Shown here: piece after piece, positions 1 to 11,453 of the stretch
How positions within the stretch are numbered: position 1 is the stretch's first letter
Layout of the letters: each line of letters starts with the position of its first letter
Assembly (NCBI GenBank): GCA_964016885.1
Contig: OZ024742.1
Coordinates: 70,122,001-70,186,000 of the forward strand
Direction: 5' to 3'
Source: Eledone cirrhosa
Taxonomy: Eukaryota
Length of the DNA: 64,000 bases
Program-made: the position numbers and the translations under genes
The notes under the pieces: generated by a model
What the model was told of the DNA's origin: nothing
The model's input: the letters and a program-made list of their open reading frames with translations, nothing else
Database searches by the model: none

Positions 1-49
1 GTGTGCGCGTCTGTGTGCGTGTGTGTGCGTGTGTATGTGCGTGTGGTCT

Positions 50-305
50 ATAAGATCACATGTAAAAATATAGCTCCTCGTACATCTGAAGTATCGTCTG
101 GATGCTGCACATACGGATCAAGAAGCACATGATGACGAGAACGTCTGTTAAAAGACATCTTGACATATGCCAAGACATTGGGGTCATCATAGAAGCGACA
201 AAAGGTAATATAAGCAACTTAAGAATCAAAGAGACCATTATCATCAACCGGAAAAAACACATAAATAATAGATCGGAAATGCACAAGACAGAATGGTTAC
301 TATAA
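50..305 (+). pseudogene. Decayed 3' end of a Penelope-like element (GIY-YIG endonuclease C-terminus)
   Basis: Translation gives YI*SIVWMLHIRIKKH ... LRIKETIIINRKKHINNRSE, matching the PLE GIY-YIG pattern YIGxTxRxLxxRxxEH ... LxxxExxxI...P.lN.r.E. Contains a stop codon. Confidence 0.55.
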
Positions 306-2139
306 CGATTTCGCGCATGCGTATTATAAACACGTACGCCAGTTAAAGAAGAACACATCGATCTTTCATGTTTGTTTCGAACTATTTCCGTTTCACATTT
401 GAAAAGATCGTATAGCCCTGAAATATCATGTTCAAATATATTGGGTGAAACAGTAATTTGTTTTGTTTTATTTGTCATCATTTGCTCTTCGTATTTTGCT
501 ACCGCATTGTACCGGCTTTTTTAATATTATCGCTTTTATTACACACATATATGCATTATAACCTTGGGCTAATCACAGAAGAAGGGCAGAAACCAAGACA
601 TTTTCTGGTCTTCCTCAGACTGGTAAGATGTTGGCCATTTTGAAAATTTGTAGGTCAGCGTCAATAAAAAAGATATGAATGAGGAAGAAATTCCTTCTAA
701 TTGCAGTTCTGGCAAGGTGTTTAACGTATGGTTTGCAAATTGCGACACAGTACTGCTGACAGGTAAAGAAACGGGTTAGTTAGTGGTCTTTTGTGGAAAT
801 ATTATGTAGCTAGGTATTTCAGAAGAGGCAATAACGCGGAGTATAGTGACAATATAAGAACGTGTCTTGAGCTAATGGATATTAGTGAATAATTCTTTGA
901 CAATCAGCTGAATGACATTTCTTTTGGTGATATCTCGTATATTTCTCTGTGAGTAGCAACAACATTGTCTCTTGGGTGTGAGCAGTACCCAGTTTGGGTC
1001 TTAATTGAGAAAGGGTCAAGTAATAAACTGTAGAAATATTTCTTGAGCCAGAAAAAGAAACTTAGAATTTAAGAAGCAGTTTAGACAATATAAATCATGA
1101 GTAGTTGCAATGATTGGCTGTCAGAGATTGTGAGACCTAGCATTCCTAGCAACGCTTATAATTTTACTTGTATGTTGTTCTATACCGCTGCGTGATTTGA
1201 ACTCAGAACGTAACGATACATTTCTTTACATTTTGTGTTCAAAACCCGTTGATGTCACATTTGCCTTCCATCCTTCCGGAGTCGATAAAATAAAAAAACA
1301 TTGAAGTACTGGGATCGATGCAATTGACTTTTCCTCTCCACACAAATTGTGAATTGGAGCAGTTGAAGGAATTTAAGTTGCCATATTCTTTTGAAAAATA
1401 CTTTTAAAGTTGTTGTTCATGTAAGGTTTTGCAGATCTAGCATGAAGTATCTAGACTGTATATGAATGATGTTGTGTACGGAAAATTAAAGAAGAGTAAA
1501 CACACAAAAGTGTATTAAAAATATGCTGATAATGTACAAAAAGAAGCATGTGAGGGATAAATAGTTACTTTAGATACTCTACAGTTGATAGGTAGTTCTA
1601 ACAGTCGGGCCCGTCAATCATCTTGAGAACTGGTAGGGATTTCGGATCATTCTGGGAGGGCACTCTTTTGCAAGGAAAGCATTTCACGACGTTACTTTAT
1701 AAAATATTTTCTAAATTTGGAAGTGCACAATTGAAAAGTAGGGTGACAGTGCCACCCAGTGTCATCCAATGCTATCCATTGCCATTCAGTTCCATCTAGT
1801 GCCTCCCCACACACGCACGCAGACGGCGACGAACCCGCTGTCTGTACACACTGCAATGGAGCGATCTGACTGAAACGTTTCAATCCTAGATATGGGAGAA
1901 CATAGCGATGGTATTTAACTATGAGGTTCTCATGGCTGACACAATTGAAGTATATATTAATAGTAAGGACGTTTTATTCAGTGAAGTTCACAAAAGTGAG
2001 AGATCTCTTGTAACACAGGAAAACAAGTCTCCGGTTGATTTATCCCTGCTGAACCCTCACTGGTAGTTGTTTAGGAAGGAGACAGTTATGAAGTAAATAA
2101 TCTTTAAAGAATATTTCCATCATATGATATTTACGCATA

Positions 2140-3571
<1,432 letters not shown>

Positions 3572-4087
3572 ATATTTGGGGAGGGTCATATTTGCGTAAT
3601 ATTGCCAGAATTAATAACAGAACACACTCACTGTTTGGTTGGTTTTCGCTTCTCGCTGTCTTTTATATACATATATCTGCGATCTAACTTACTCGGTCCT
3701 CAATGTTGCCATTGACTGACCGGCGGTCAAAAATAATACAGATACAATATAGACAAACACATATATATATAGTTTACATAAATCTTTCGTTGCACATCTG
3801 CAACATCGTCAGTGGTGTTATATTCATTGTTCCTCCTGTTGTGTTGTATGTCTACGCCATTTTGTTTTTTGTTCAGTCTGTCTATATATTTATTTATTTA
3901 TTTGCTTGTTTGTTTATCTTATTTTATTTTGTCTTCTTTGCGCATGCGTTTGCGTGTGTGTATAGTGTTATGTGTGATGTGTGACTAGTGTGTATAGTGT
4001 TGTGTCTGCTGGGTGACTAGTGTGTGTTTATGTGCTTGTGTATGTATTTATTTATCTTATTTTATTTAATTTAATTTACTTATTTAT

Positions 4088-6568
4088 TTATACTTCTCTT
4101 AGGTCAGTGTTGTTTGTTTGGGTGTTGTTGTTGTTCCACTCATTCTTTCTGTTTAGCTTTGGTCTTCTAATTTCTATTTCACTGGCCTCTCTGATTTGCC
4201 TATCTGCTGGGTCATTCCTATGTTTAGATATTATTCTAATTTCTATGTTGTCTATGTTACCGTCATGATGTTGTCTAGCATGTTCGTATAGTACTGACCC
4301 GTTTTTTCGTCCTTTTAGTTCCCCCCAGTGTTGGTCTATCCTTTCACCTATGCTACGAGCTGTCTCACCTATGTATGTTGTTGTCGTGTTTCTGCAAGTA
4401 CCCTCTGTACATCTTATGCTATAGACTACGTTTCTAGTTTTACAGTTTATCCGGGGGTTCACCTTACATATGATACATTTCCTATTGGTACAGTGGGTTT
4501 TCTTAAAAGGGTAGGTTTTGCTGATCAGGGATTTTATGGTGGTTCCTGGCTTTTCTACCACCTTTATTTTTAAGTGGGTCTTTCTCAGGGCCTTTCTACA
4601 CTGGTTAGCTAATTTCCCTCCAGGGGTGGCGTCCACAAACATGACACTCTGATATCTCTGGTTGTCGTACCATGATGTGGCCTTCCCTATCTTATGTCTA
4701 GCCCTATCTAAGCTATTCCATGATTTGCTCCTGTATAGTGGGCAAATTCCTTTCATGTCCAGTTCTATGAGGGTCTTATACTTTTCCATGGCTCCTTCGT
4801 ATACTCTGACTCTGTCTCTTTGGTTGTAGCCAGAGAACTGCATGCGGTTGATGAAGTGTTGGATGTGTCCTTCCATTTCTGTTGGGTCGCACATGCTGGA
4901 CACATTCTTCATCACTCGTACCAAATCTGCGATCAGAATATTAAACTTAGCACTACTGGACATTGCTGAGTTTTTGAGTATCAGGTATTTGGAGGCCATG
5001 GGTTTAGCATAGTGTGAGTGGAGAATTTGGGCTCTCTCGTCTATAGTGTTGATCCAGAGTTCTGTGTCTAATACAGGTAGTCTATTGTTAGGGTGTTTGG
5101 AAGGGAAGTCTATAGTTACAGTTATACTCTGGTGTATGGAATTAGCTATCTGCTGGATGCTTTCCATCGTGCTACGTTCTAAATCAAACTTGTTAGTGCT
5201 CTCTAGTGGGGGTGTTCTTATAACTATATTGATATCGTCTACATAACGAGAGTACATGATGAGGTCTATGGAGCTTTCATTAAGGAGATCTTTAAGTCTC
5301 CTTTCCCACCATACCATGAAAAGGTTGGCAACATCGCCAGCTATGCTGACGCCGATGGCTGCTCCCTCATTTTGGGTGTAGATTTTCTCATTGAACTTAA
5401 ATATGTGGCCCTTTAGGGTAGTTTTGATACTAGCCCCTATTGCATGTGCGACCATTTTTCTTACCTGATCAGTGTTTTGGGGGGTCCGTATAGCTTTGGT
5501 CCACCCAATCCACCTTCCTATGGGAGTCTTTTTAGCCATTGAGGTTATGGTGGGGGGTCTACCTCTTATAGGTCTACTAGGGCAGAAACATCTAAGGTCA
5601 TGGCTGTCTAGGTAGTCAGTGTCGTAGGTAAGTCTAAGTAGGAGGCCCAGTTCGTCTGTGTCGACGTCGCAGAACTCCACCTCACTCTCAATGATCATCT
5701 CCACACATCTTTTCACAGCAAAATCAATGTTAATGGATGGGTACAGTGACACCACATCCATGCTGCCTATTATGCAGTTGGATAGGCTCCTGTTTTTGTT
5801 GCACTCACTGATTCTGCTGAGGAGGTCCTCTGTACTTTCACATACATCTGGGGACATCTTGATTATGGGGCGTATAACCATTGAGAGGAAGTAGGAGATC
5901 CTGTAGTTGCTAGCTATATTAGCTCCGCATACAGGTCTTGTTGGTGGTCCTATTGTCGGGTCGTCGACTGTCTTGTGGTCTTTGCGGAGCCCATACAAGG
6001 GTGGTATGCCATTGTTAGACGCCTGGAAGTTGTTGGCAGTGCGTCTGCTTGGCTTTAGGATGTCAGTCCACATCATCATGTGAGCGTTGAGGATTTTTTC
6101 TCTCCCATCGTGTGTTAGTTGTGCAACTTCGCTCGTGTTGGTGATGTGGGGTTGCATTGCCTCGATGTAGTTCGGCATGCTATCTATTGACATCCTACCA
6201 GACTTATCTGTGGGTAGACACACTACCTCACCATCCCTTGTGCGCTGCTTGAGGCTAACCAAGCCTTCTACAGGTTTTATCCCAAGTTGTTGGGCCTCTG
6301 GTCTGCTCTGTCTCATAGTGTACCTGTCTACTACTTGTCTAATCTTATTTCTAGCTATGGTGAACTGTGCCTCCGTCTCGTCATCTATTTGTTGTGGTAT
6401 GCAAACTCTTTTATTAAAGGGTAACCTCGTAGGATAGATATTACCCATCTTATATGTTTTGTCAGCTGGGTTGAAAAATAGTTTCTCTAAGGGGTTGTCG
6501 TTATTTCTATCGTCATAGTTGTGTGTGTTGCTATTATTGTTACCATGATAACAATAATAGCAACACAC
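4088..6568 (-). CDS. PLE reverse transcriptase + GIY-YIG endonuclease ORF, left arm (N-terminus probably truncated at the axis)
   Basis: 826-codon open frame. RT motifs TDKSG, GLRKDHK, PTRPV, SMDVVSLYP, QNEGAAIG, YSRYVDD, LPVLD; CX4CX2C linker; VVY...YIGET..SIGERIDQH...H...H GIY-YIG with CCHH. The GTG start lies in the opposite arm. Confidence 0.92.
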   Translation of the reverse strand: MCCYYCYHGNNNSNTHNYDDRNNDNPLEKLFFNPADKTYKMGNIYPTRLPFNKRVCIPQQIDDETEAQFTIARNKIRQVVDRYTMRQSRPEAQQLGIKPVEGLVSLKQRTRDGEVVCLPTDKSGRMSIDSMPNYIEAMQPHITNTSEVAQLTHDGREKILNAHMMMWTDILKPSRRTANNFQASNNGIPPLYGLRKDHKTVDDPTIGPPTRPVCGANIASNYRISYFLSMVIRPIIKMSPDVCESTEDLLSRISECNKNRSLSNCIIGSMDVVSLYPSINIDFAVKRCVEMIIESEVEFCDVDTDELGLLLRLTYDTDYLDSHDLRCFCPSRPIRGRPPTITSMAKKTPIGRWIGWTKAIRTPQNTDQVRKMVAHAIGASIKTTLKGHIFKFNEKIYTQNEGAAIGVSIAGDVANLFMVWWERRLKDLLNESSIDLIMYSRYVDDINIVIRTPPLESTNKFDLERSTMESIQQIANSIHQSITVTIDFPSKHPNNRLPVLDTELWINTIDERAQILHSHYAKPMASKYLILKNSAMSSSAKFNILIADLVRVMKNVSSMCDPTEMEGHIQHFINRMQFSGYNQRDRVRVYEGAMEKYKTLIELDMKGICPLYRSKSWNSLDRARHKIGKATSWYDNQRYQSVMFVDATPGGKLANQCRKALRKTHLKIKVVEKPGTTIKSLISKTYPFKKTHCTNRKCIICKVNPRINCKTRNVVYSIRCTEGTCRNTTTTYIGETARSIGERIDQHWGELKGRKNGSVLYEHARQHHDGNIDNIEIRIISKHRNDPADRQIREASEIEIRRPKLNRKNEWNNNNTQTNNTDLREV

Positions 6569-9003
6569 ACAACTATGACGATAGAAATAACGACAACCCC
6601 TTAGAGAAACTATTTTTCAACCCAGCTGACAAAACATATAAGATGGGTAATATCTATCCTACGAGGTTACCCTTTAATAAAAGAGTTTGCATACCACAAC
6701 AAATAGATGACGAGACGGAGGCACAGTTCACCATAGCTAGAAATAAGATTAGACAAGTAGTAGACAGGTACACTATGAGACAGAGCAGACCAGAGGCCCA
6801 ACAACTTGGGATAAAACCTGTAGAAGGCTTGGTTAGCCTCAAGCAGCGCACAAGGGATGGTGAGGTAGTGTGTCTACCCACAGATAAGTCTGGTAGGATG
6901 TCAATAGATAGCATGCCGAACTACATCGAGGCAATGCAACCCCACATCACCAACACGAGCGAAGTTGCACAACTAACACACGATGGGAGAGAAAAAATCC
7001 TCAACGCTCACATGATGATGTGGACTGACATCCTAAAGCCAAGCAGACGCACTGCCAACAACTTCCAGGCGTCTAACAATGGCATACCACCCTTGTATGG
7101 GCTCCGCAAAGACCACAAGACAGTCGACGACCCGACAATAGGACCACCAACAAGACCTGTATGCGGAGCTAATATAGCTAGCAACTACAGGATCTCCTAC
7201 TTCCTCTCAATGGTTATACGCCCCATAATCAAGATGTCCCCAGATGTATGTGAAAGTACAGAGGACCTCCTCAGCAGAATCAGTGAGTGCAACAAAAACA
7301 GGAGCCTATCCAACTGCATAATAGGCAGCATGGATGTGGTGTCACTGTACCCATCCATTAACATTGATTTTGCTGTGAAAAGATGTGTGGAGATGATCAT
7401 TGAGAGTGAGGTGGAGTTCTGCGACGTCGACACAGACGAACTGGGCCTCCTACTTAGACTTACCTACGACACTGACTACCTAGACAGCCATGACCTTAGA
7501 TGTTTCTGCCCTAGTAGACCTATAAGAGGTAGACCCCCCACCATAACCTCAATGGCTAAAAAGACTCCCATAGGAAGGTGGATTGGGTGGACCAAAGCTA
7601 TACGGACCCCCCAAAACACTGATCAGGTAAGAAAAATGGTCGCACATGCAATAGGGGCTAGTATCAAAACTACCCTAAAGGGCCACATATTTAAGTTCAA
7701 TGAGAAAATCTACACCCAAAATGAGGGAGCAGCCATCGGCGTCAGCATAGCTGGCGATGTTGCCAACCTTTTCATGGTATGGTGGGAAAGGAGACTTAAA
7801 GATCTCCTTAATGAAAGCTCCATAGACCTCATCATGTACTCTCGTTATGTAGACGATATCAATATAGTTATAAGAACACCCCCACTAGAGAGCACTAACA
7901 AGTTTGATTTAGAACGTAGCACGATGGAAAGCATCCAGCAGATAGCTAATTCCATACACCAGAGTATAACTGTAACTATAGACTTCCCTTCCAAACACCC
8001 TAACAATAGACTACCTGTATTAGACACAGAACTCTGGATCAACACTATAGACGAGAGAGCCCAAATTCTCCACTCACACTATGCTAAACCCATGGCCTCC
8101 AAATACCTGATACTCAAAAACTCAGCAATGTCCAGTAGTGCTAAGTTTAATATTCTGATCGCAGATTTGGTACGAGTGATGAAGAATGTGTCCAGCATGT
8201 GCGACCCAACAGAAATGGAAGGACACATCCAACACTTCATCAACCGCATGCAGTTCTCTGGCTACAACCAAAGAGACAGAGTCAGAGTATACGAAGGAGC
8301 CATGGAAAAGTATAAGACCCTCATAGAACTGGACATGAAAGGAATTTGCCCACTATACAGGAGCAAATCATGGAATAGCTTAGATAGGGCTAGACATAAG
8401 ATAGGGAAGGCCACATCATGGTACGACAACCAGAGATATCAGAGTGTCATGTTTGTGGACGCCACCCCTGGAGGGAAATTAGCTAACCAGTGTAGAAAGG
8501 CCCTGAGAAAGACCCACTTAAAAATAAAGGTGGTAGAAAAGCCAGGAACCACCATAAAATCCCTGATCAGCAAAACCTACCCTTTTAAGAAAACCCACTG
8601 TACCAATAGGAAATGTATCATATGTAAGGTGAACCCCCGGATAAACTGTAAAACTAGAAACGTAGTCTATAGCATAAGATGTACAGAGGGTACTTGCAGA
8701 AACACGACAACAACATACATAGGTGAGACAGCTCGTAGCATAGGTGAAAGGATAGACCAACACTGGGGGGAACTAAAAGGACGAAAAAACGGGTCAGTAC
8801 TATACGAACATGCTAGACAACATCATGACGGTAACATAGACAACATAGAAATTAGAATAATATCTAAACATAGGAATGACCCAGCAGATAGGCAAATCAG
8901 AGAGGCCAGTGAAATAGAAATTAGAAGACCAAAGCTAAACAGAAAGAATGAGTGGAACAACAACAACACCCAAACAAACAACACTGACCTAAGAGAAGTA
9001 TAA
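6523..9003 (+). CDS. PLE reverse transcriptase + GIY-YIG endonuclease ORF, right arm (N-terminus probably truncated at the axis)
   Basis: Identical protein to 4088-6568 except residue 9 (D vs G, the axis mismatch). YVDD at 7846-7857, VVY 8662-8670, YIG 8716-8724. First ATG at 6643. Confidence 0.92.
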   Translation: MCCYYCYHDNNNSNTHNYDDRNNDNPLEKLFFNPADKTYKMGNIYPTRLPFNKRVCIPQQIDDETEAQFTIARNKIRQVVDRYTMRQSRPEAQQLGIKPVEGLVSLKQRTRDGEVVCLPTDKSGRMSIDSMPNYIEAMQPHITNTSEVAQLTHDGREKILNAHMMMWTDILKPSRRTANNFQASNNGIPPLYGLRKDHKTVDDPTIGPPTRPVCGANIASNYRISYFLSMVIRPIIKMSPDVCESTEDLLSRISECNKNRSLSNCIIGSMDVVSLYPSINIDFAVKRCVEMIIESEVEFCDVDTDELGLLLRLTYDTDYLDSHDLRCFCPSRPIRGRPPTITSMAKKTPIGRWIGWTKAIRTPQNTDQVRKMVAHAIGASIKTTLKGHIFKFNEKIYTQNEGAAIGVSIAGDVANLFMVWWERRLKDLLNESSIDLIMYSRYVDDINIVIRTPPLESTNKFDLERSTMESIQQIANSIHQSITVTIDFPSKHPNNRLPVLDTELWINTIDERAQILHSHYAKPMASKYLILKNSAMSSSAKFNILIADLVRVMKNVSSMCDPTEMEGHIQHFINRMQFSGYNQRDRVRVYEGAMEKYKTLIELDMKGICPLYRSKSWNSLDRARHKIGKATSWYDNQRYQSVMFVDATPGGKLANQCRKALRKTHLKIKVVEKPGTTIKSLISKTYPFKKTHCTNRKCIICKVNPRINCKTRNVVYSIRCTEGTCRNTTTTYIGETARSIGERIDQHWGELKGRKNGSVLYEHARQHHDGNIDNIEIRIISKHRNDPADRQIREASEIEIRRPKLNRKNEWNNNNTQTNNTDLREV

Positions 9004-9273
9004 ATAAATAAGTAAATTAAATTAAATAAAATAAGATAAATAAATACATACACAAGCACATAAACACACACTAGTCACCCAGCAGACACAACACTATACA
9101 CACTAGTCACACATCACACATAACACTATACACACACGCAAACGCATGCGCAAAGAAGACAAAATAAAATAAGATAAACAAACAAGCAAATAAATAAATA
9201 AATATATAGACAGACTGAACAAAAAAAAATGGCGTAGACATACAACACAACAGGAGGAACAATGAATATAACA

Positions 9274-9313
9274 CCACTGACGATGTTGCAGATGTGCAAC
9301 GAAAGATTTATGT
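9274..9313 (+). ncRNA. Minimal hammerhead-ribozyme-like motif in the PLE 3' UTR (mirror copy at 3776-3815, minus strand)
   Basis: CUGACGA-U-GUUGCA(GAUG)UGCAAC-GAAA-GAUU-UA. Perfect 6-bp stem II, self-complementary stem III (AGAUUU, with wobbles), weak stem I. PLE terminal repeats are known to carry minimal type-I hammerheads. Confidence 0.6.
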
Positions 9314-9579
9314 AAACTATATATATATGTGTTTGTCTATATTGTATCTGTATTATTTTTGACCGCCGGTCAGTCAATGGCAACATTGAGGACCGAGTAA
9401 GTTAGATCGCAGATATATGTATATAAAAGACAGCGAGAAGCGAAAACCAACCAAACAGTGAGTGTGTTCTGTTATTAATTCTGGCAATATTACGCAAATA
9501 TGACCCTCCCCAAATATAACAATATCTGTTTCGACACACGATTTCATATAAAAAACCTCGCAAAACTAATTCATCGCCG

Positions 9580-9655
<76 letters not shown>

Positions 9656-9665
<10 letters not shown>

Positions 9666-9895
9666 CACAAGTATCAAAGTTATGTTCAAATCATTCAAAG
9701 CGATTAAATGAAATGAAATGATTTGAACATAACTTTGATACTTGTGTATTTTATATTCCTGCTCTGTAAAACACCTGATGTTCTTACATTGAGCTATTTC
9801 TCTTACTGGTAATAAGGTAGTAATAAATTACTGACCTTTCCTGTTTATAATTATTTATAGTATAGTATATAAACTATAAATAGTATCTTTATTAT

Positions 9896-9900
<5 letters not shown>
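9656..9900 (+). mobile_element. Small fold-back element with right-side tail (second copy at 29975-30340)
   Basis: Arms 9656-9695 / 9717-9756. Tail tcctgctctgtaaaacacctga... recurs at ~30208-30340. TA-flanked. Confidence 0.7.
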
Positions 9901-9929
<29 letters not shown>

Positions 9930-9961
9930 AAAATTGCAAACTTGACTGTCACCACGCATTA

Positions 9962-10000
9962 TGAACCTGAAGATTGCGAAAGCATGAAAGTACTTGTTCA
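9962..10000 (+). ncRNA. Minimal hammerhead ribozyme motif
   Basis: UGAAC-CUGAAGA-UUGC(GAAA)GCAU-GAAA-GUAC-UU-GUUCA. Stem I UGAAC/GUUCA is perfect, stem III AGUACU is palindromic, cleavage triplet CUU. The stem II closing pair is U-U (non-canonical). Confidence 0.7.
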
Positions 10001-10112
10001 ATTAACACTTAACATTTAATATTCTATCATATTATTTCATTATAATACCATTATAAATTTTAAAGGATTGTAAATAAAACGAGTAAATCAGACAAAGTTG
10101 GAATTCCTCTTA

Positions 10113-10197
<85 letters not shown>

Positions 10198-10199
<2 letters not shown>

Positions 10200-10406
10200 C
10201 GAAGGAAATGTGGTAAGGAACCAGGTGGACCATAACGCACCAAAGTACTCAATACTTGAGGTAGTAGAGTGGGTAATAGGAACCAGTAAGACCCCGACAG
10301 CTGAGCTCAAGCCGTTTCGACGGCTAATTCTGGACTGGATTAGCCAGTCCAGAATTAGCCGTCGAAACGGCTTGAGCTCAGCTGTCGGGGTCTTACTGGT
10401 TCCTAT
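10198..10406 (-). mobile_element. Small fold-back element with left-side tail (second copy at 27108-27300)
   Basis: Perfect 63-bp arms 10276-10338 / 10344-10406, 5-nt loop attag, ~78-nt tail 10198-10275, (TA)n on both sides. Confidence 0.8.
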
Positions 10407-10735
10407 ATATATATATATATATATTAATTAAAATAACAGATTAAAGTTTAAGCAAAGAATCGCTGCTTTCACCCTTAACGGGATCTTCTGAAACTAACAA
10501 AGTCAATCTGTAAACGCAGAAGTGGATATTTCAAAAAACGTTGCAACCGGAGGAAGACAGGAAGACGATACTTTGGTTCGTGGAAACGTTCTCTGGCAAA
10601 GAACGGGAAAAAACGAATATAATACGTCATAAATAGGAGCGGTGAAAAACAATTACGCGCAAAGACAGAACCACGTTTATGGTTGGTTGGTTGGTTGGTT
10701 GGTTGGTTCCACAACCGGACGGTTGTTCATATATT

Positions 10736-10778
10736 GTCAAAGTTCTTTCGTCACACATTATGTGACATCGTCAGTGAC
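10736..10778 (-). ncRNA. Minimal hammerhead ribozyme motif in a PLE terminal-repeat-like fragment (~10420-10800)
   Basis: Minus strand: GUCA-CUGACGA-U-GUCACA(UAAUG)UGUGAC-GAAA-GAAC-UU-UGAC. Same CUGACGAU core as the large PLE, with a different but still paired stem II. Confidence 0.72.
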
Positions 10779-10819
10779 TGGGGATTCTTTTATTTGTTTT
10801 GTGCCTCTCCTTTGTTTTG

Positions 10820-11170
10820 AAGTTGTCTCTGTGGCCTACGCCATCTTGTTTTGAAGTTGACTCTGCTGCTAGAGACGGTGGAAATCCTGGCCTTGGGTTC
10901 AATCCTGCCCAAGAGGTACATGTAATCTTTTTCAGATTTTATTTTACATCCCATAGAAAAAATGAAAAGGTTTCCCGGGAACCCTACTCCCTACTAGTAC
11001 CGAACTTCAGACTAGGATCACCACCGTCTATGATCCCTCCAACTAGGCCGACGAGATTGCTACAAAAGTACAATGAAAATTAATAATTATAAATCTACTT
11101 TCAAAATCAAAGTTAAAAAGTTGTGGTGTCGTTCATGGCTTTCCTAGAGCTATTAGTCATATTTATGGTC
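10820..11170 (+). repeat. Dispersed repeat with a tRNA B-box-like motif (inverted copy at ~28810-29260)
   Basis: Blocks ctagagacggtgga...ttgggttcaatcctg...caagaggtacatgtaa and tctactttcaaaatcaaagttaaaaag..gtggt.tcgttcatggctttcctagagctattag recur as reverse complement at 28.8-29.1 kb. Confidence 0.6.
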
Positions 11171-11267
11171 GACTTGTCAATCTTCTGGCTCTTTGGTAAC
11201 AATCTTATTATTCCTATGTGTGTTTAACGGTTGAATTAATTTAATTTGATTATTTTAACAAACAAAT

Positions 11268-11317
<50 letters not shown>

Positions 11318-11453
11318 GCCAATCATTGTAAGTGTGTATCTAACTGACATGCAAAAACATATATATATGAATAAAGTAAGCACAAATCATAGTAGATTTA
11401 AATATCACAGGCAGAGAGGGGGAGGATGAGGTGCAACAGAAATGAACCATGGA

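Larger units (their letters stand above)
3564..9580. mobile_element. Penelope-like retroelement inserted as a ~6-kb head-to-head palindrome with a one-sided 55-nt tail, flanked by (TA)n
   Basis: 3564-6545 is the reverse complement of 6546-9525. Differences seen: C6543/A6548 at the axis and a 2-nt difference in the T/A run at ~3860-3870 vs ~9221-9229. 9526-9580 is unpaired. (TA)n lies on both sides. Confidence 0.93.

Noticed and set aside
6523-6546. N-terminal MCCYYCYH as a Cys-rich domain with a GTG start
   Set aside because: It is read-through from the reverse complement of the other arm, not part of the native protein.
4328-8763. Short ORFs antisense to the PLE ORFs, each appearing twice
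   Set aside because: Shadow frames of the RT-EN ORF duplicated by the palindrome; no independent motifs.
3564-9525. Palindrome as a pure assembly or fold-back artefact
   Set aside because: Not excluded without reads. Disfavoured by the one-sided tail, small arm differences and the same breakpoint in the diverged mini element at 43713-44084.
10453-10495. CAGAAGA-UCCC..GGGU-GAAA on the minus strand as a hammerhead
   Set aside because: No NUH site at the expected position and no stem I; at most a decayed remnant.
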